64,000 nt of DNA from Eledone cirrhosa (Eukaryota): the NCBI GenBank assembly GCA_964016885.1, contig OZ024742.1:371876001-371940000 (forward strand), written 5' to 3'. The translations under genes and the position numbers were made by a program. Within the stretch, counting starts at the first letter, position 1. Every line of letters starts with the position of its first letter. Positions 1 to 15,000 of the stretch are shown piece by piece. The notes under the pieces were generated by a model that did no database searches, was not told the DNA's origin, and was given only the letters and a program-made list of their open reading frames with translations.

Positions 1-3000
1 AAGGTTGTGGGTTAAATTTCTAGACCAGACAGCATGGCCCATTGGTTAGTGTGTTGGACTTGACAATTACAAGTTTGTGGATTGAATTTCTAGACCAGAC
101 AGTATGGCCTATTGGTTAGTGTGTTGGACTTGACAATTACAAGGTTATGGGTTCAATTTCTAGACCAGACAGCATGGCCCATTGGTTAGTGTGTTGGACT
201 TGACAATTACAAGGTCGTGAGTTGAATTTCTAGACCAGACAGCATGGCCCATTGGTTAGTGTGTTGGACTTGACAATTACAAGGTTGTGGGTTTAATTTC
301 TAGACCAGACAGCATGGCCCATTGGTTAGTGTGTTGGACTTGACATTTACAAGGTTGTGGGTTCAATTTCTAGACCAGACAGCATGGCCCATTGGATAGT
401 GTGTTGGACTTGACAATTACAAGGTTGTGGGTTCAATTTCTAGACCAGACAGCATGGCCCATTGGTTAGTGTGTTGGACTTGACAATTACAAGGTTGTGG
501 ATTCAATTTCTAGACCAGACAGCATGGCCCATTGGTTAGTGTGTTCGACTTGACAATTACAAGGTTGTGGGTTCAATTTCTAGACCAGACAGCATGGCCC
601 ATTGGTTAGTGTGTTGGACTTGACAATTACAAGGTTGTGGATTCAATTTCTAGACCAGACAGCATGGCCCATTGGTTAGTGTGTTGGACTTGACAATTAC
701 AAGGTTGTGGGTTAAATTTCTAGACCAGACAGCATGGCCCATTGGTTAGTGTGTTGGACTTGACAATTACAAGGTTGTGGGTTCAATTTCTAGACCAGAC
801 AGCATGGCCCATTGGTTAGTGTGTTGGACTTGACAATTACAAGGTTGTGGATTCAATTTCTAGACCAGACAGCATGGCCCAGTGGTTAGTGTGTTGGACT
901 TGACAATTACAAGGTTGTGGGTTCAATTTCTAGACCAGACAGCATGGTCCATTGGTTAGTGTGTTGGACTTGACAATTGCAAGGTTGTGGGTTCAATTTC
1001 TAGACCAGACAGCATGGCCCATTGGTTAGTGTGTTCGACTTGACAATTACAAGGTTGTGGGTTCAATTTCTAGACCAGACAGCATGGCCCATTGGTTAGT
1101 ATGTTGGACTTGACAATTACAGGGTTGTGGGTTCAATTTCTAGACCAGACAGCATGGCCCATTGGTTAGTATGTTGGACTTGACAATTACAAGGTTGTGG
1201 GTTCAATTTCTAGACCAGACAGCATGGTCCATTGGTTAGTGTGTTGGACTTGACAATTACAAGGTTGTGGGTTCAATTTCTAGACCAGACAGCATGGCCC
1301 ATTGGTTAGTGTGTTCGACTTGACAATTACAAGGTTGTGGGTTCAATTTCTAGACCAGACAGCATGGCCCATTGGTTAGTATGTTGGACTTGACAATTAC
1401 AGGGTTGTGGGTTCAATTTCTAGACCAGACAGCATGGCCCATTGGTTAGTATGTTGGACTTGACAATTACAAGGTTGTGGGTTCAATTTCTAGACCAGAC
1501 AGCATGGTCCATTGGTTAGTGTGTTGGACTTGACAATTACAAGGTTGTGGGTTCAATTTCTAGACCAGACAGCATGGCCCATTGGTTAGTGTGTTCGACT
1601 TGACAATTACAAGGTTGTGGGTTCAATTTCTAGACCAGACAGCATGGCCCATTGGTTAGTATGTTGGACTTGACAATTACAGGGTTGTGGGTTCAATTTC
1701 TAGACCAGACAGCATGGCCCATTGGTTAGTATGTTGGACTTGACAATTACAAGGTTGTGGGTTCAATTTCTAGACCAGACAGCATGGTCCATTGGTTAGT
1801 GTGTTGGACTTGACAATTACAAGGTTGTGGGTTCAATTTCTAGACCAGACAGCATGGCCCATTGGTTAGTGTGTTCGACTTGACAATTACAAGGTTGTGG
1901 GTTCAATTTCTAGACCAGACAGCATGGCCCATTGGTTAGTATGTTGGACTTGACAATTACAGGGTTGTGGGTTCAATTTCTAGACCAGACAGCATGGCCC
2001 ATTGGTTAGTATGTTGGACTTGACAATTACAAGGTTGTGGGTTCAATTTCTAGACCAGACAGCATGGTCCATTGGTTAGTGTGTTGGACTTGACAATTAC
2101 AAGGTTGTGGGTTCAATTTCTAGACCAGACAGCATGGCCCATTGGTTAGTGTGTTCGACTTGACAATTACAAGGTTGTGGGTTCAATTTCTAGACCAGAC
2201 AGCATGGCCCATTGGTTAGTATGTTGGACTTGACAATTACAGGGTTGTGGGTTCAATTTCTAGACCAGACAGCATGGCCCATTGGTTAGTATGTTGGACT
2301 TGACAATTACAAGGTTGTGGGTTCAATTTCTAGACCAGACAGCATGGTCCATTGGTTAGTGTGTTGGACTTGACAATTACAAGGTTGTGGGTTCAATTTC
2401 TAGACCAGACAGCATGGCCCATTGGTTAGTGTGTTCGACTTGACAATTACAAGGTTGTGGGTTCAATTTCTAGACCAGACAGCATGGCCCATTGGTTAGT
2501 ATGTTGGACTTGACAATTACAGGGTTGTGGGTTCAATTTCTAGACCAGACAGCTTGGCCCATTGGTTAGTATGTTGGACTTGACAATTACAAGGTTGTGG
2601 GTTCAATTTCTAGACCAGACAGCATGGTCCATTGGTTAGTGTGTTGGACTTGACAATTACAAGGTTGTGGGTTCAATTTCTAGACCAGACAGCATGGCCC
2701 ATTGGTTAGTGTGTTCGACTTGACAATTACAAGGTTGTGGGTTCAATTTCTAGACCAGACAGCATGGCCCATTGGTTAGTATGTTGGACTTGACAATTAC
2801 AGGGTTGTGGGTTCAATTTCTAGACCAGACAGCATGGCCCATTGGTTAGTATGTTGGACTTGACAATTACAAGGTTGTGGGTTCAATTTCTAGACCAGAC
2901 AGCATGGTCCATTGGTTAGTGTGTTGGACTTGACAATTACAAGGTTGTGGGTTCAATTTCTAGACCAGACAGCATGGCCCATTGGTTAGTGTGTTCGACT

Positions 3001-6000
3001 TGACAATTACAAGGTTGTGGGTTCAATTTCTAGACCAGACAGCATGGTCCATTGGTTATTGTGTTGGACTTGACAATTACAAGGTTGTGGGTTCAATTTC
3101 TAAACCAGACAGCATGGCCCATTGGTTAGTGTGTTGGACTTGACAATTACAAGGTTGTGGGTTCAATTTCTAGACCAGACAGCATGGCCCATTGGTTAGT
3201 GTGTTCGACTTGACAATTACAAGGTTGTGGGTTCAATTTCTACACCAGACAGCATGGTCCATTGGTTAGTGTGTTGGACTTGACAATTACAAGGTTGTGG
3301 GTTCAATTTCTAGACCAGACAGCATGGCTCGTTGGTTAGTGTGTTGGACTTAACAATTACAAGGGTGTGGATTCTATTTCTAGACCAGACAGCATGGCCC
3401 ATTGGTTAGTGTGTTGGACTTGACAATTACAAGGTTGTGGGTTAAATTTCTAGACCAGACAGTATGGCCCATTGGTTAGTGTGTTGGACTTGACAATTAC
3501 AAGGTTGTGGGTTCAATTTCTAGACCAGACAGCATGGCCCATTGGTTAGTGTGTTGGACTTGACAATTACAAGGTTGTGGATTCAATTTCTAGACCAGAC
3601 AGTATGGCCCATTGGTTAGTGTGTTGGACTTGACAATTACAAGGTTATGGGTTCAATTTCTAGACCAGACAGCATGGCCCATTGGTTAGTGTGTTGGACT
3701 TGACAATTACAAGGTTGTGGGTTCAATTTCTAGACCAGACAGCATGGCCCATTGGTTAGTGTGTTGGACTTGACAATTACAAGGTCGTGAGTTGAATTTC
3801 TAGACCAGACAGCATGGCCCATTGGTTAGTATGTTGGACTTGACAATTACAGGGTTGTGGGTTCAATTTCTAGACCAGACAGCATGGCCCATTGGTTAGT
3901 GTGTTGGACTTGACAATTACAAGGTTGTGGGTTCAATTTCTAGACCAGACAGCATGGCCCATTGGTTAGTGTGTTCGACTTGACAATTACAAGGTTGTGG
4001 GTTCAATTTCTAGACCAGACAGCATGGCCCATTGGTTAGTGTGTTGGACTTGACAATTACAAGGTTGTGATTTCAATTTCTAGACCAGACAGTATGGCCC
4101 ATTGGTTAGTGTGTTCGACTTGACAATTACAAGGTTATGGGTTCAATTTCTAGACCAGACAGCATGTCCCATTGGTTAGTGTGTTGGACTTGACAATTAC
4201 AAGATCGTGAGTTGAATTTCTAGACCAGACAGCATGGCCCATTGGTTAGTGTGTTGGACTTGACAATTACAAGGTTGTGGGTTCAATTTCTAGACCAGAC
4301 AGTATGGCCCATTGGTTAGTGTGTTGGACTTGACAATTACAAGGTTATGGGTTCAATTTCTAGACCAGACAGCATGGCCCATTGGTTAGTGTGTTGGACT
4401 TGACAATTACAAGGTCGTGAGTTGAATTTCTAGACCAGACAGCATGGCCCATTGTTTAGTGTGTTGGACTTGACAATTACAAGGTTGTGGGTTCAATTTC
4501 TAGACCAGACAGCATGGCCCATTGGTTAGTGTGTTGGACTTGACAATTACAAGGTTGTGGGTTCAATTTCTAGACCAGACAGCATGGCCCATTGGTTAGT
4601 ATGTTGGACTTGACAATTACAAAGTTGTGGGTTCAATTTCTAGACCAGACAGCATGGTCCATTGGTTAGTGTGTTGGACTTGACAATTACAAGGTTGTGG
4701 GTTCAATTTCTAGACCAGACAGCATGGCCCATTGGTTAGTGTGTTGGACTTGACAATTACAAGGTTGTGGATTCAATTTCTAGACCAGACAGCATGGCCC
4801 ATTGGTTAGTGTGTTGGACTTGACAATTACAAGGTTGTGGGTTAAATTTCTAGACCAGACAGCATGGCCCATTGGTTAGTGTGTTGGACTTGACAATTAC
4901 AAGGTTGTGGGTTCAATTTCTAGACCAGACAGCATGGCCCATTGGTTAGTGTGTTGGACTTGACAATTACAAGGTTGTGGATTCAATTTCTAGACCAGAC
5001 AGCATGGCCCAGTGGTTAGTGTGTTGGACTTGACAATTACAAGGTTGTGGGTTCAATTTCTAGACCAGACAGCATGGCCCATTGGTTAGTGTGTTGGACT
5101 TGACAATTACAAGGTTGTGGGTTCAATTTCTAGACCAGACAGCATGGTCCATTGGTTAGTGTGTTGGACTTGACAATTACAAGGTTGTGGGTTCAATTTC
5201 TAGACCAGACAGCATGGCCCATTGGTTAGTGTGTTGGACTTGACATTTACAAGGTTGTGGGTTCAATTTCTAGACCAGACAGCATGGCCCATTGGTTAGT
5301 GTGTTGGACTTGACAATTACAAGATCGTGAGTTGAATTTCTAGACCAGACAGCATGGCCCATTGGTTAGTGTGTTGGACTTGACAATTACAAGGTTGTGG
5401 GTTCAATTTCTAGACCAGACAGTATGGCCCATTGGTTAGTGTGTTGGACTTGACAATTACAAGGTTATGGGTTCAATTTCTAGACCAGACAGCATGGCCC
5501 ATTGGTTAGTGTGTTGGACTTGACAATTACAAGGTCGTGAGTTGAATTTCTAGACCAGACAGCATGGCCCATTGATTAGTGTGTTGGACTTGACAATTAC
5601 AAGGTTGTGGGTTCAATTTCTAGACCAGACAGCATGGCCCATTGGTTAGTGTGTTGGACTTGACATTTACAAGGTTGTGGGTTCAATTTCTAGACCAGAC
5701 AGTATGGCCCATTGGTTAGTGTGTTGGACTTGACAATTACAAGGTTGTGGGTTCAATTTCTAGACCAGACAGCATGGCCCATTGGTTAGTGTGTTGGACT
5801 TGACAATTACAAGGTTGTGGGTTCAATTTCTAGACCAGACAGCATGGTCCATTGGTTAGTGTGTTGGACTTGACAATTACAAGGTTGTGGGTTCAATTTC
5901 TAGACCAGACAGCATGGCCCATTGGTTAGTGTGTTCGACTTGACAATTACAAGGTTGTGGGTTCAATTTCTAGACCAGACAGCATGGCCCATTGGTTAGT

Positions 6001-9000
6001 ATGTTGGACTTGACAATTACAGGGTTGTGGGTTCAATTTCTAGACCAGACAGCATGGCCCATTGGTTAGTATGTTGGACTTGACAATTACAAGGTTGTGG
6101 GTTCAATTTCTAGACCAGACAGCATGGTCCATTGGTTAGTGTGTTGGACTTAACAATTACAAGGTTGTGGGTTCAATTTCTAGACCAGACAGCATGGCCC
6201 ATTGGTTAGTGTGTTCGACTTGACAATTACAAGGTTGTCGGTTCAATTTCTAGACCAGACAGCATGGCCCATTGGTTAGTATGTTGGACTTGACAATTAC
6301 AGGGTTGTGGGTTCAATTTCTAGACCAGACAGCATGGCCCATTGGTTAGTATGTTGGACTTGACAATTACAAGGTTGTGGGTTCAATTTCTAGACCAGAC
6401 AGCATGGTCCATTGGTTAGTGTGTTGGACTTGACAATTACAAGGTTGTGGGTTCAATTTCTAGACCAGACAGCATGGCCCATTGGTTAGTGTGTTCGACT
6501 TGACAATTACAAGGTTGTGGGTTCAATTTCTAGACCAGACAGCATGGTCCATTGGTTATTGTGTTGGACTTGACAATTACAAGGTTGTGGGTTCAATTTC
6601 TAAACCAGACAGCATGGCCCATTGGTTAGTGTGTTGGACTTGACAATTACAAGGTTGTGGGTTCAATTTCTAGACCAGACAGCATGGCCCATTGGTTAGT
6701 GTGTTCGACTTGACAATTATAAGGTTGTGGGTTCAATTTCTACACCAGACAGCATGGTCCATTGGTTAGTGTGTTGGACTTGACAATTACAAGGTTGTGG
6801 GTTCAATTTCTAGACCAGACAGCATGGCCCATTGGTTAGTGTGTTGGACTTAACAATTACAAGGGTGTGGATTCTATTTCTAGACCAGACAGCATGGCCC
6901 ATTGGTTAGTGTGTTGGACTTGACAATTACAAGGTTGTGGGTTAAATTTCTAGACCAGACAGTATGGCCCATTGGTTAGTGTGTTGGACTTGACAATTAC
7001 AAGGTTGTGGGTTCAATTTCTAGACCAGACAGCATGGCCCATTGGTTAGTGTGTTGGACTTGACAATTACAAGGTTGTGGATTCAATTTCTAGACCAGAC
7101 AGTATGGCCCATTGGTTAGTGTGTTGGACTTGACAATTACAAGGTTATGGGTTCAATTTCTAGACCAGACAGCATGGCCCATTGGTTAGTGTGTTGGACT
7201 TGACAATTACAAGGTTGTGGGTTCAATTTCTAGACCAGGCAGCATGGCCCATTGGTTAGTGTGTTGGACTTGACAATTACAAGGTTGTGGGTTAAATTTC
7301 TAGACCAGACAGTGTGGCCCATTGGTTAGTGTGTTGGACTTGACAATTACAAGGTTGTGGGTTCAATTTCTACACCAGACAGCATGGCCCATTGGTTAGT
7401 GTGTTGGACTTGATAATTACAAGGTTGTGGATTCAATTTCTAGACCAGACAGTATGGCCCATTGGTTAGTGTGTTGGACTTGACAATTACAAGGTTATGG
7501 GTTCAATTTCTATACCAGACAGCATGGCTCATTGGTTGGTGTGTTGGACTTGACAATTACAAGGTCGTGAGTTGAATTTCTAGACCAGACAGCATGGCCC
7601 ATTGGTTAGTATGTTGGACTTGACAATTACAGGGTTGTGGGTTCAATTTCTAGACCAGACAGCATGGCCCATTGGTTAGTGTGTTGGACTTGACAATTAC
7701 AAGGTTGTGGGTTCAATTTCTAGACCAGACAGCATGGCCCATTGGTTAGTGTGTTGGACTTGACAATTACAAGGTTGTGGGTTCAATTTCTAGACCAGAC
7801 AGCATGGCCCATTGGTTAGTGTGTTGGACTTGACAATTACAAGGTTGTGATTTCAATTTCTAGACCAGACAGTATGGCCCATTGGTTAGTGTGTTCGACT
7901 TGACAATTACAAGGTTATGGGTTCAATTTCTAGACCAGACAGCATGGCCCATTGGTTAGTGTGTTGGACTTGACAATTACAAGATCGTGAGTTGAATTTC
8001 TAGACCAGACAGCATGGCCCATTGGTTAGTGTGTTGGACTTGACAATTACAAGGTTGTGGGTTCAATTTCTAGACCAGACAGTATGGCCCATTGGTTAGT
8101 GTGTTGGACTTGACAATTACAAGGTTATGGGTTCAATTTCTAGACCAGACAGCATGGCCCATTGGTTAGTGTGTTGGACTTGACAATTACAAGGTCGTGA
8201 GTTGAATTTCTAGACCAGACAGCATGGCCCATTGATTAGTGTGTTGGACTTGACAATTACAAGGTTGTGGGTTCAATTTCTAGACCAGACAGCATGGCCC
8301 ATTGGTTAGTGTGTTGGACTTGACATTTACAAGGTTGTGGGTTCAATTTCTAGACCAGACAGCATGGCCCATTGGTTAGTGTGTTGGACTTGACAATTAC
8401 AAGGTTGTGGGTTCAATTTCTAGACCAGACAGCATGGCCCATTGGTTAGTGTGTTGGACTTGACAATTACAAGGTTGTGGGTTCAATTTCTAGACCAGAC
8501 AGCATGGTCCATTGGTTAGTGTGTTGGACTTGACAATTACAAGGTTGTGGGTTCAATTTCTAGACCAGACAGCATGGCCCATTGGTTAGTGTGTTGGACT
8601 TGACAATTGCAAGGTTGTGGGTTCAATTTCTAGACCAGACAGCATGGCCCATTGGTTAGTGTGTTGGACTTAACAATTACAAGGTTGTGGGTTCAATTTC
8701 TAGACCAGACAGCATGGCCCATTGGTTAGTGTGTTGGACTTGACAATTACAAGGTTGTGGGTTCAATTTCTAGACCAGACAGCATGGCCCATTGGTTAGT
8801 GTGTTCGACTTGACAATTACAAGGTTGTGGGTTCAATTTCTAGACCAGACAGCATGGTCCATTGGTTAGTGTGTTGGACTTGACAATTACAAGGTTGTGG
8901 GTTCAATTTCTAGACCAGACAGCATGGCCCGTTGGTTAGTGTGTTGGACTTAACAATTACAAGGTTGTGGGTTCAATTTCTAGACCAGACAGCATGGCCC

Positions 9001-12000
9001 ATTGGTTAGTGTGTTGGACTTGACAATTACAAGGTTGTGGGTTAAATTTCTAGACCAGACAGTATGGCCCATTGGTTAGTGTGTTGGACTTGACAATTAC
9101 AAGGTTGTGGGTTCAATTTCTAGACCAGACAGCATGGCCCATTGGTTAGTGTGTTGGACTTGACAATTACAAGTTTGTGGATTCAATTTCTAGACCAGAC
9201 AGTATGGCCTATTGGTTAGTGTGTTGGACTTGACAATTACAAGGTTATGGGTTCAATTTCTAGACCAGACAGCATGGCCCATTGGTTAGTGTGTTGGACT
9301 TGACAATTACAAGGTCGTGAGTTGAATTTCTAGACCAGACAGCATGGCCCATTGGTTAGTGTGTTGGACTTGACAATTACAAGGTTGTGGGTTTAATTTC
9401 TAGACCAGACAGCATGGCCCATTGGTTAGTGTGTTGGACTTGACATTTACAAGGTTGTGGGTTCAATTTCTAGACCAGACAGCATGGCCCATTGGTTAGT
9501 GTGTTGGACTTGACAATTACAAGGTTGTGGGTTCAATTTCTAGACCAGACAGCATGGCCCATTGGTTAGTGTGTTGGACTTGACAATTACAAGGTTGTGG
9601 ATTCAATTTCTAGACCAGACAGCATGGCCCATTGGTTAGTGTGTTCGACTTGACAATTACAAGGTTGTGGGTTCAATTTCTAGACCAGACAGCATGGCCC
9701 ATTGGTTAGTGTGTTGGACTTGACAATTACAAGGTTGTGGATTCAATTTCTAGACCAGACAGCATGGCCCATTGGTTAGTGTGTTGGACTTGACAATTAC
9801 AAGGTTGTGGGTTAAATTTCTAGACCAGACAGCATGGCCCATTGGTTAGTGTGTTGGACTTGACAATTACAAGGTTGTGGGTTCAATTTCTAGACCAGAC
9901 AGCATGGCCCATTGGTTAGTGTGTTGGACTTGACAATTACAAGGTTGTGGATTCAATTTCTAGACCAGACAGCATGGCCCAGTGGTTAGTGTGTTGGACT
10001 TGACAATTACAAGGTTGTGGGTTCAATTTCTAGACCAGACAGCATGGCCCATTGGTTAGTGTGTTGGACTTGACAATTACAAGGTTGTGGGTTCAATTTC
10101 TAGACCAGACAGCATGGTCCATTGGTTAGTGTGTTGGACTTGACAATTACAAGGTTGTGGGTTCAATTTCTAGACCAGACAGCATGGTCCATTGGTTAGT
10201 GTGTTGGACTTAACAATTACAAGGTTGTGGGTTCAATTTCTAGACCAGACAGCATGGCCCATTGGTTAGTGTGTTCGACTTGACAATTACAAGGTTGTCG
10301 GTTCAATTTCTAGACCAGACAGCATGGCCCATTGGTTAGTATGTTGGACTTGACAATTACAGGGTTGTGGGTTCAATTTCTAGACCAGACAGCATGGCCC
10401 ATTGGTTAGTATGTTGGACTTGACAATTACAAGGTTGTGGGTTCAATTTCTAGACCAGACAGCATGGTCCATTGGTTAGTGTGTTGGACTTGACAATTAC
10501 AAGGTTGTGGGTTCAATTTCTAGACCAGACAGCATGGCCCATTGGTTAGTGTGTTCGACTTGACAATTACAAGGTTGTGGGTTCAATTTCTAGACCAGAC
10601 AGCATGGTCCATTGGTTATTGTGTTGGACTTGACAATTACAAGGTTGTGGGTTCAATTTCTAAACCAGACAGCATGGCCCATTGGTTAGTGTGTTGGACT
10701 TGACAATTACAAGGTTGTGGGTTCAATTTCTAGACCAGACAGCATGGCCCATTGGTTAGTGTGTTCGACTTGACAATTATAAGGTTGTGGGTTCAATTTC
10801 TACACCAGACAGCATGGTCCATTGGTTAGTGTGTTGGACTTGACAATTACAAGGTTGTGGGTTCAATTTCTAGACCAGACAGCATGGCCCATTGGTTAGT
10901 GTGTTGGACTTAACAATTACAAGGGTGTGGATTCTATTTCTAGACCAGACAGCATGGCCCATTGGTTAGTGTGTTGGACTTGACAATTACAAGGTTGTGG
11001 GTTAAATTTCTAGACCAGACAGTATGGCCCATTGGTTAGTGTGTTGGACTTGACAATTACAAGGTTGTGGGTTCAATTTCTAGACCAGACAGCATGGCCC
11101 ATTGGTTAGTGTGTTGGACTTGACAATTACAAGGTTGTGGATTCAATTTCTAGACCAGACAGTATGGCCCATTGGTTAGTGTGTTGGACTTGACAATTAC
11201 AAGGTTATGGGTTCAATTTCTAGACCAGACAGCATGGCCCATTGGTTAGTGTGTTGGACTTGACAATTACAAGGTTGTGGGTTCAATTTCTAGACCAGAC
11301 AGCATGGCCCATTGGTTAGTGTGTTGGACTTGACAATTACAAGGTTGTGGGTTAAATTTCTAGACCAGACAGTGTGGCCCATTGGTTAGTGTGTTGGACT
11401 TGACAATTACAAGGTTGTGGGTTCAATTTCTACACCAGACAGCATGGCCCATTGGTTAGTGTGTTGGACTTGATAATTACAAGGTTGTGGATTCAATTTC
11501 TAGACCAGACAGTATGGCCCATTGGTTAGTGTGTTGGACTTGACAATTACAAGGTTATGGGTTCAATTTCTATACCAGACAGCATGGCTCATTGGTTGGT
11601 GTGTTGGACTTGACAATTACAAGGTCGTGAGTTGAATTTCTAGACCAGACAGCATGGCCCATTGGTTAGTATGTTGGACTTGACAATTACAGGGTTGTGG
11701 GTTCAATTTCTAGACCAGACAGCATGGCCCATTGGTTAGTGTGTTGGACTTGACAATTACAAGGTTGTGGGTTCAATTTCTAGACCAGACAGCATGGCCC
11801 ATTGGTTAGTGTGTTCGACTTGACAATTACAAGGTTGTGGGTTCAATTTCTAGACCAGACAGCATGGCCCATTGGTTAGTGTGTTGGACTTGACAATTAC
11901 AAGGTTGTGATTTCAATTTCTAGACCAGACAGTATGGCCCATTGGTTAGTGTGTTCGACTTGACAATTACAAGGTTATGGGTTCAATTTCTAGACCAGAC

Positions 12001-15000
12001 AGCATGGCCCATTGGTTAGTGTGTTGGACTTGACAATTACAAGATCGTGAGTTGAATTTCTAGACCAGACAGCATGGCCCATTGGTTAGTGTGTTGGACT
12101 TGACAATTACAAGGTTGTGGGTTCAATTTCTAGACCAGACAGTATGGCCCATTGGTTAGTGTGTTGGACTTGACAATTACAAGGTTATGGGTTCAATTTC
12201 TAGACCAGACAGCATGGCCCATTGGTTAGTGTGTTGGACTTGACAATTACAAGGTCGTGAGTTGAATTTCTAGACCAGACAGCATGGCCCATTGATTAGT
12301 GTGTTGGACTTGACAATTACAAGGTTGTGGGTTCAATTTCTAGACCAGACAGCATGGCCCATTGGTTAGTGTGTTGGACTTGACATTTACAAGGTTGTGG
12401 GTTCAATTTCTAGACCAGACAGCATGGCCCATTGGTTAGTGTGTTGGACTTGACAATTACAAGGTTGTGGGTTCAATTTCTAGACCAGACAGCATGGCCC
12501 ATTGGTTAGTGTGTTGGACTTGACAATTACAAGGTTGTGGGTTCAATTTCTAGACCAGACAGCATGGTCCATTGGTTAGTGTGTTGGACTTGACAATTAC
12601 AAGGTTGTGGGTTCAATTTCTAGACCAGACAGCATGGCCCATTGGTTAGTGTGTTGGACTTGACAATTGCAAGGTTGTGGGTTCAATTTCTAGACCAGAC
12701 AGCATGGCCCATTGGTTAGTGTGTTGGACTTAACAATTACAAGGTTGTAGGTTCAATTTCTAGACCAGACAGCATGGCCCATTGGTTAGTGTGTTGGACT
12801 TGACAATTACAAGGTTGTGGGTTCAATTTCTAGACCAGACAGCATGGCCCATTGGTTAGTGTGTTCGACTTGACAATTACAAGGTTGTGGGTTCAATTTC
12901 TAGACCAGACAGCATGGTCCATTGGTTAGTGTGTTGGACTTGACAATTACAAGGTTGTGGGTTCAATTTCTAGACCAGACAGCATGGCCCGTTGGTTAGT
13001 GTGTTGGACTTAACAATTACAAGGTTGTGGGTTCAATTTCTAGACCAGACAGCATGGCCCATTGGTTAGTGTGTTGGACTTGACAATTACAAGGTTGTGG
13101 GTTAAATTTCTAGACCAGACAGTATGGCCCATTGGTTAGTGTGTTGGACTTGACAATTACAAGGTTGTGGGTTCAATTTCTAGACCAGACAGCATGGCCC
13201 ATTGGTTAGTGTGTTGGACTTGACAATTACAAGTTTGTGGATTTAATTTCTAGACCAGACAGTATGGCCTATTGGTTAGTGTGTTGGACTTGACAATTAC
13301 AAGGTTATGGGTTCAATTTCTAGACCAGACAGCATGGCCCATTGGTTAGTGTGTTGGACTTGACAATTACAAGGTCGTGAGTTGAATTTCTAGACCAGAC
13401 AGCATGGCCCATTGGTTAGTGTGTTGGACTTGACAATTACAAGGTTGTGGGTTTAATTTCTAGACCAGACAGCATGGCCCATTGGTTAGTGTGTTGGACT
13501 TGACATTTACAAGGTTGTGGGTTCAATTTCTAGACCAGACAGCATGGCCCATTGGTTAGTGTGTTGGACTTGACAATTACAAGGTTGTGGGTTCAATTTC
13601 TAGACCAGACAGCATGGCCCATTGGTTAGTGTGTTGGACTTGACAATTACAAGGTTGTGGATTCAATTTCTAGACCAGACAGCATGGCCCATTGGTTAGT
13701 GTGTTCGACTTGACAATTACAAGGTTGTGGGTTCAATTTCTAGACCAGACAGCATGGCCCATTGGTTAGTGTGTTGGACTTGACAATTACAAGGTTGTGG
13801 ATTCAATTTCTAGACCAGACAGCATGGCCCATTGGTTAGTGTGTTGGACTTGACAATTACAAGGTTGTGGGTTAAATTTCTAGACCAGACAGCATGGCCC
13901 ATTGGTTAGTGTGTTGGACTTGACAATTACAAGGTTGTGGGTTCAATTTCTAGACCAGACAGCATGGCCCATTGGTTAGTGTGTTGGACTTGACAATTAC
14001 AAGGTTGTGGATTCAATTTCTAGACCAGACAGCATGGCCCAGTGGTTAGTGTGTTGGACTTGACAATTACAAGGTTGTGGGTTCAATTTCTAGACCAGAC
14101 AGCATGGCCCATTGGTTAGTGTGTTGGACTTGACAATTACAAGGTTGTGGGTTCAATTTCTAGACCAGACAGCATGGTCCATTGGTTAGTGTGTTGGACT
14201 TGACAATTACAAGGTTGTGGGTTCAATTTCTAGACCAGACAGCATGGCCCATTGGTTAGTGTGTTGGACTTGACATTTACAAGGTTGTGGGTTCAATTTC
14301 TAGACCAGACAGTATGGCCCATTGGTTAGTGTGTTGGACTTGACAATTACAAGGTTATGGGTTCAATTTCTAGACCAGACAGCATGGCTCATTGGTTGGT
14401 GTGTTGGACTTGACAATTACAAGGTCGTGAGTTGAATTTCTAGACCAGACAGCATGGCCCATTGGTTAGTGTGTTGGACTTGACAATTACAAGGTTGTGG
14501 GTTCAATTTCTAGACCAGACAGCATGGCCCATTGGTTAGTGTGTTGGACTTGACAATTACAAGGTTGTGATTTCAATTTCTAGACCAGACAGTATGGCCC
14601 ATTGGTTAGTGTGTTCGACTTGACAATTACAAGGTTATGGGTTCAATTTCTAGACCAGACAGCATGGCCCATTGGTTAGTGTGTTGGACTTGACAATTAC
14701 AAGATCGTGAGTTGAATTTCTAGACCAGACAGCATGGCCCATTGTTTAGTGTGTTGGACTTGACAATTACAAGGTTGTGGGTTCAATTTCTAGACCAGAC
14801 AGTATGGCCCATTGGTTAGTGTGTTGGACTTGACAATTACAAGGTTATGGGTTCAATTTCTAGACCAGACAGCATGGCCCATTGGTTAGTGTGTTGGACT
14901 TGACAATTACAAGGTCGTGAGTTGAATTTCTAGACCAGACAGCATGGCCCATTGATTAGTGTGTTGGACTTGACAATTACAAGGTTGTGGGTTCAATTTC

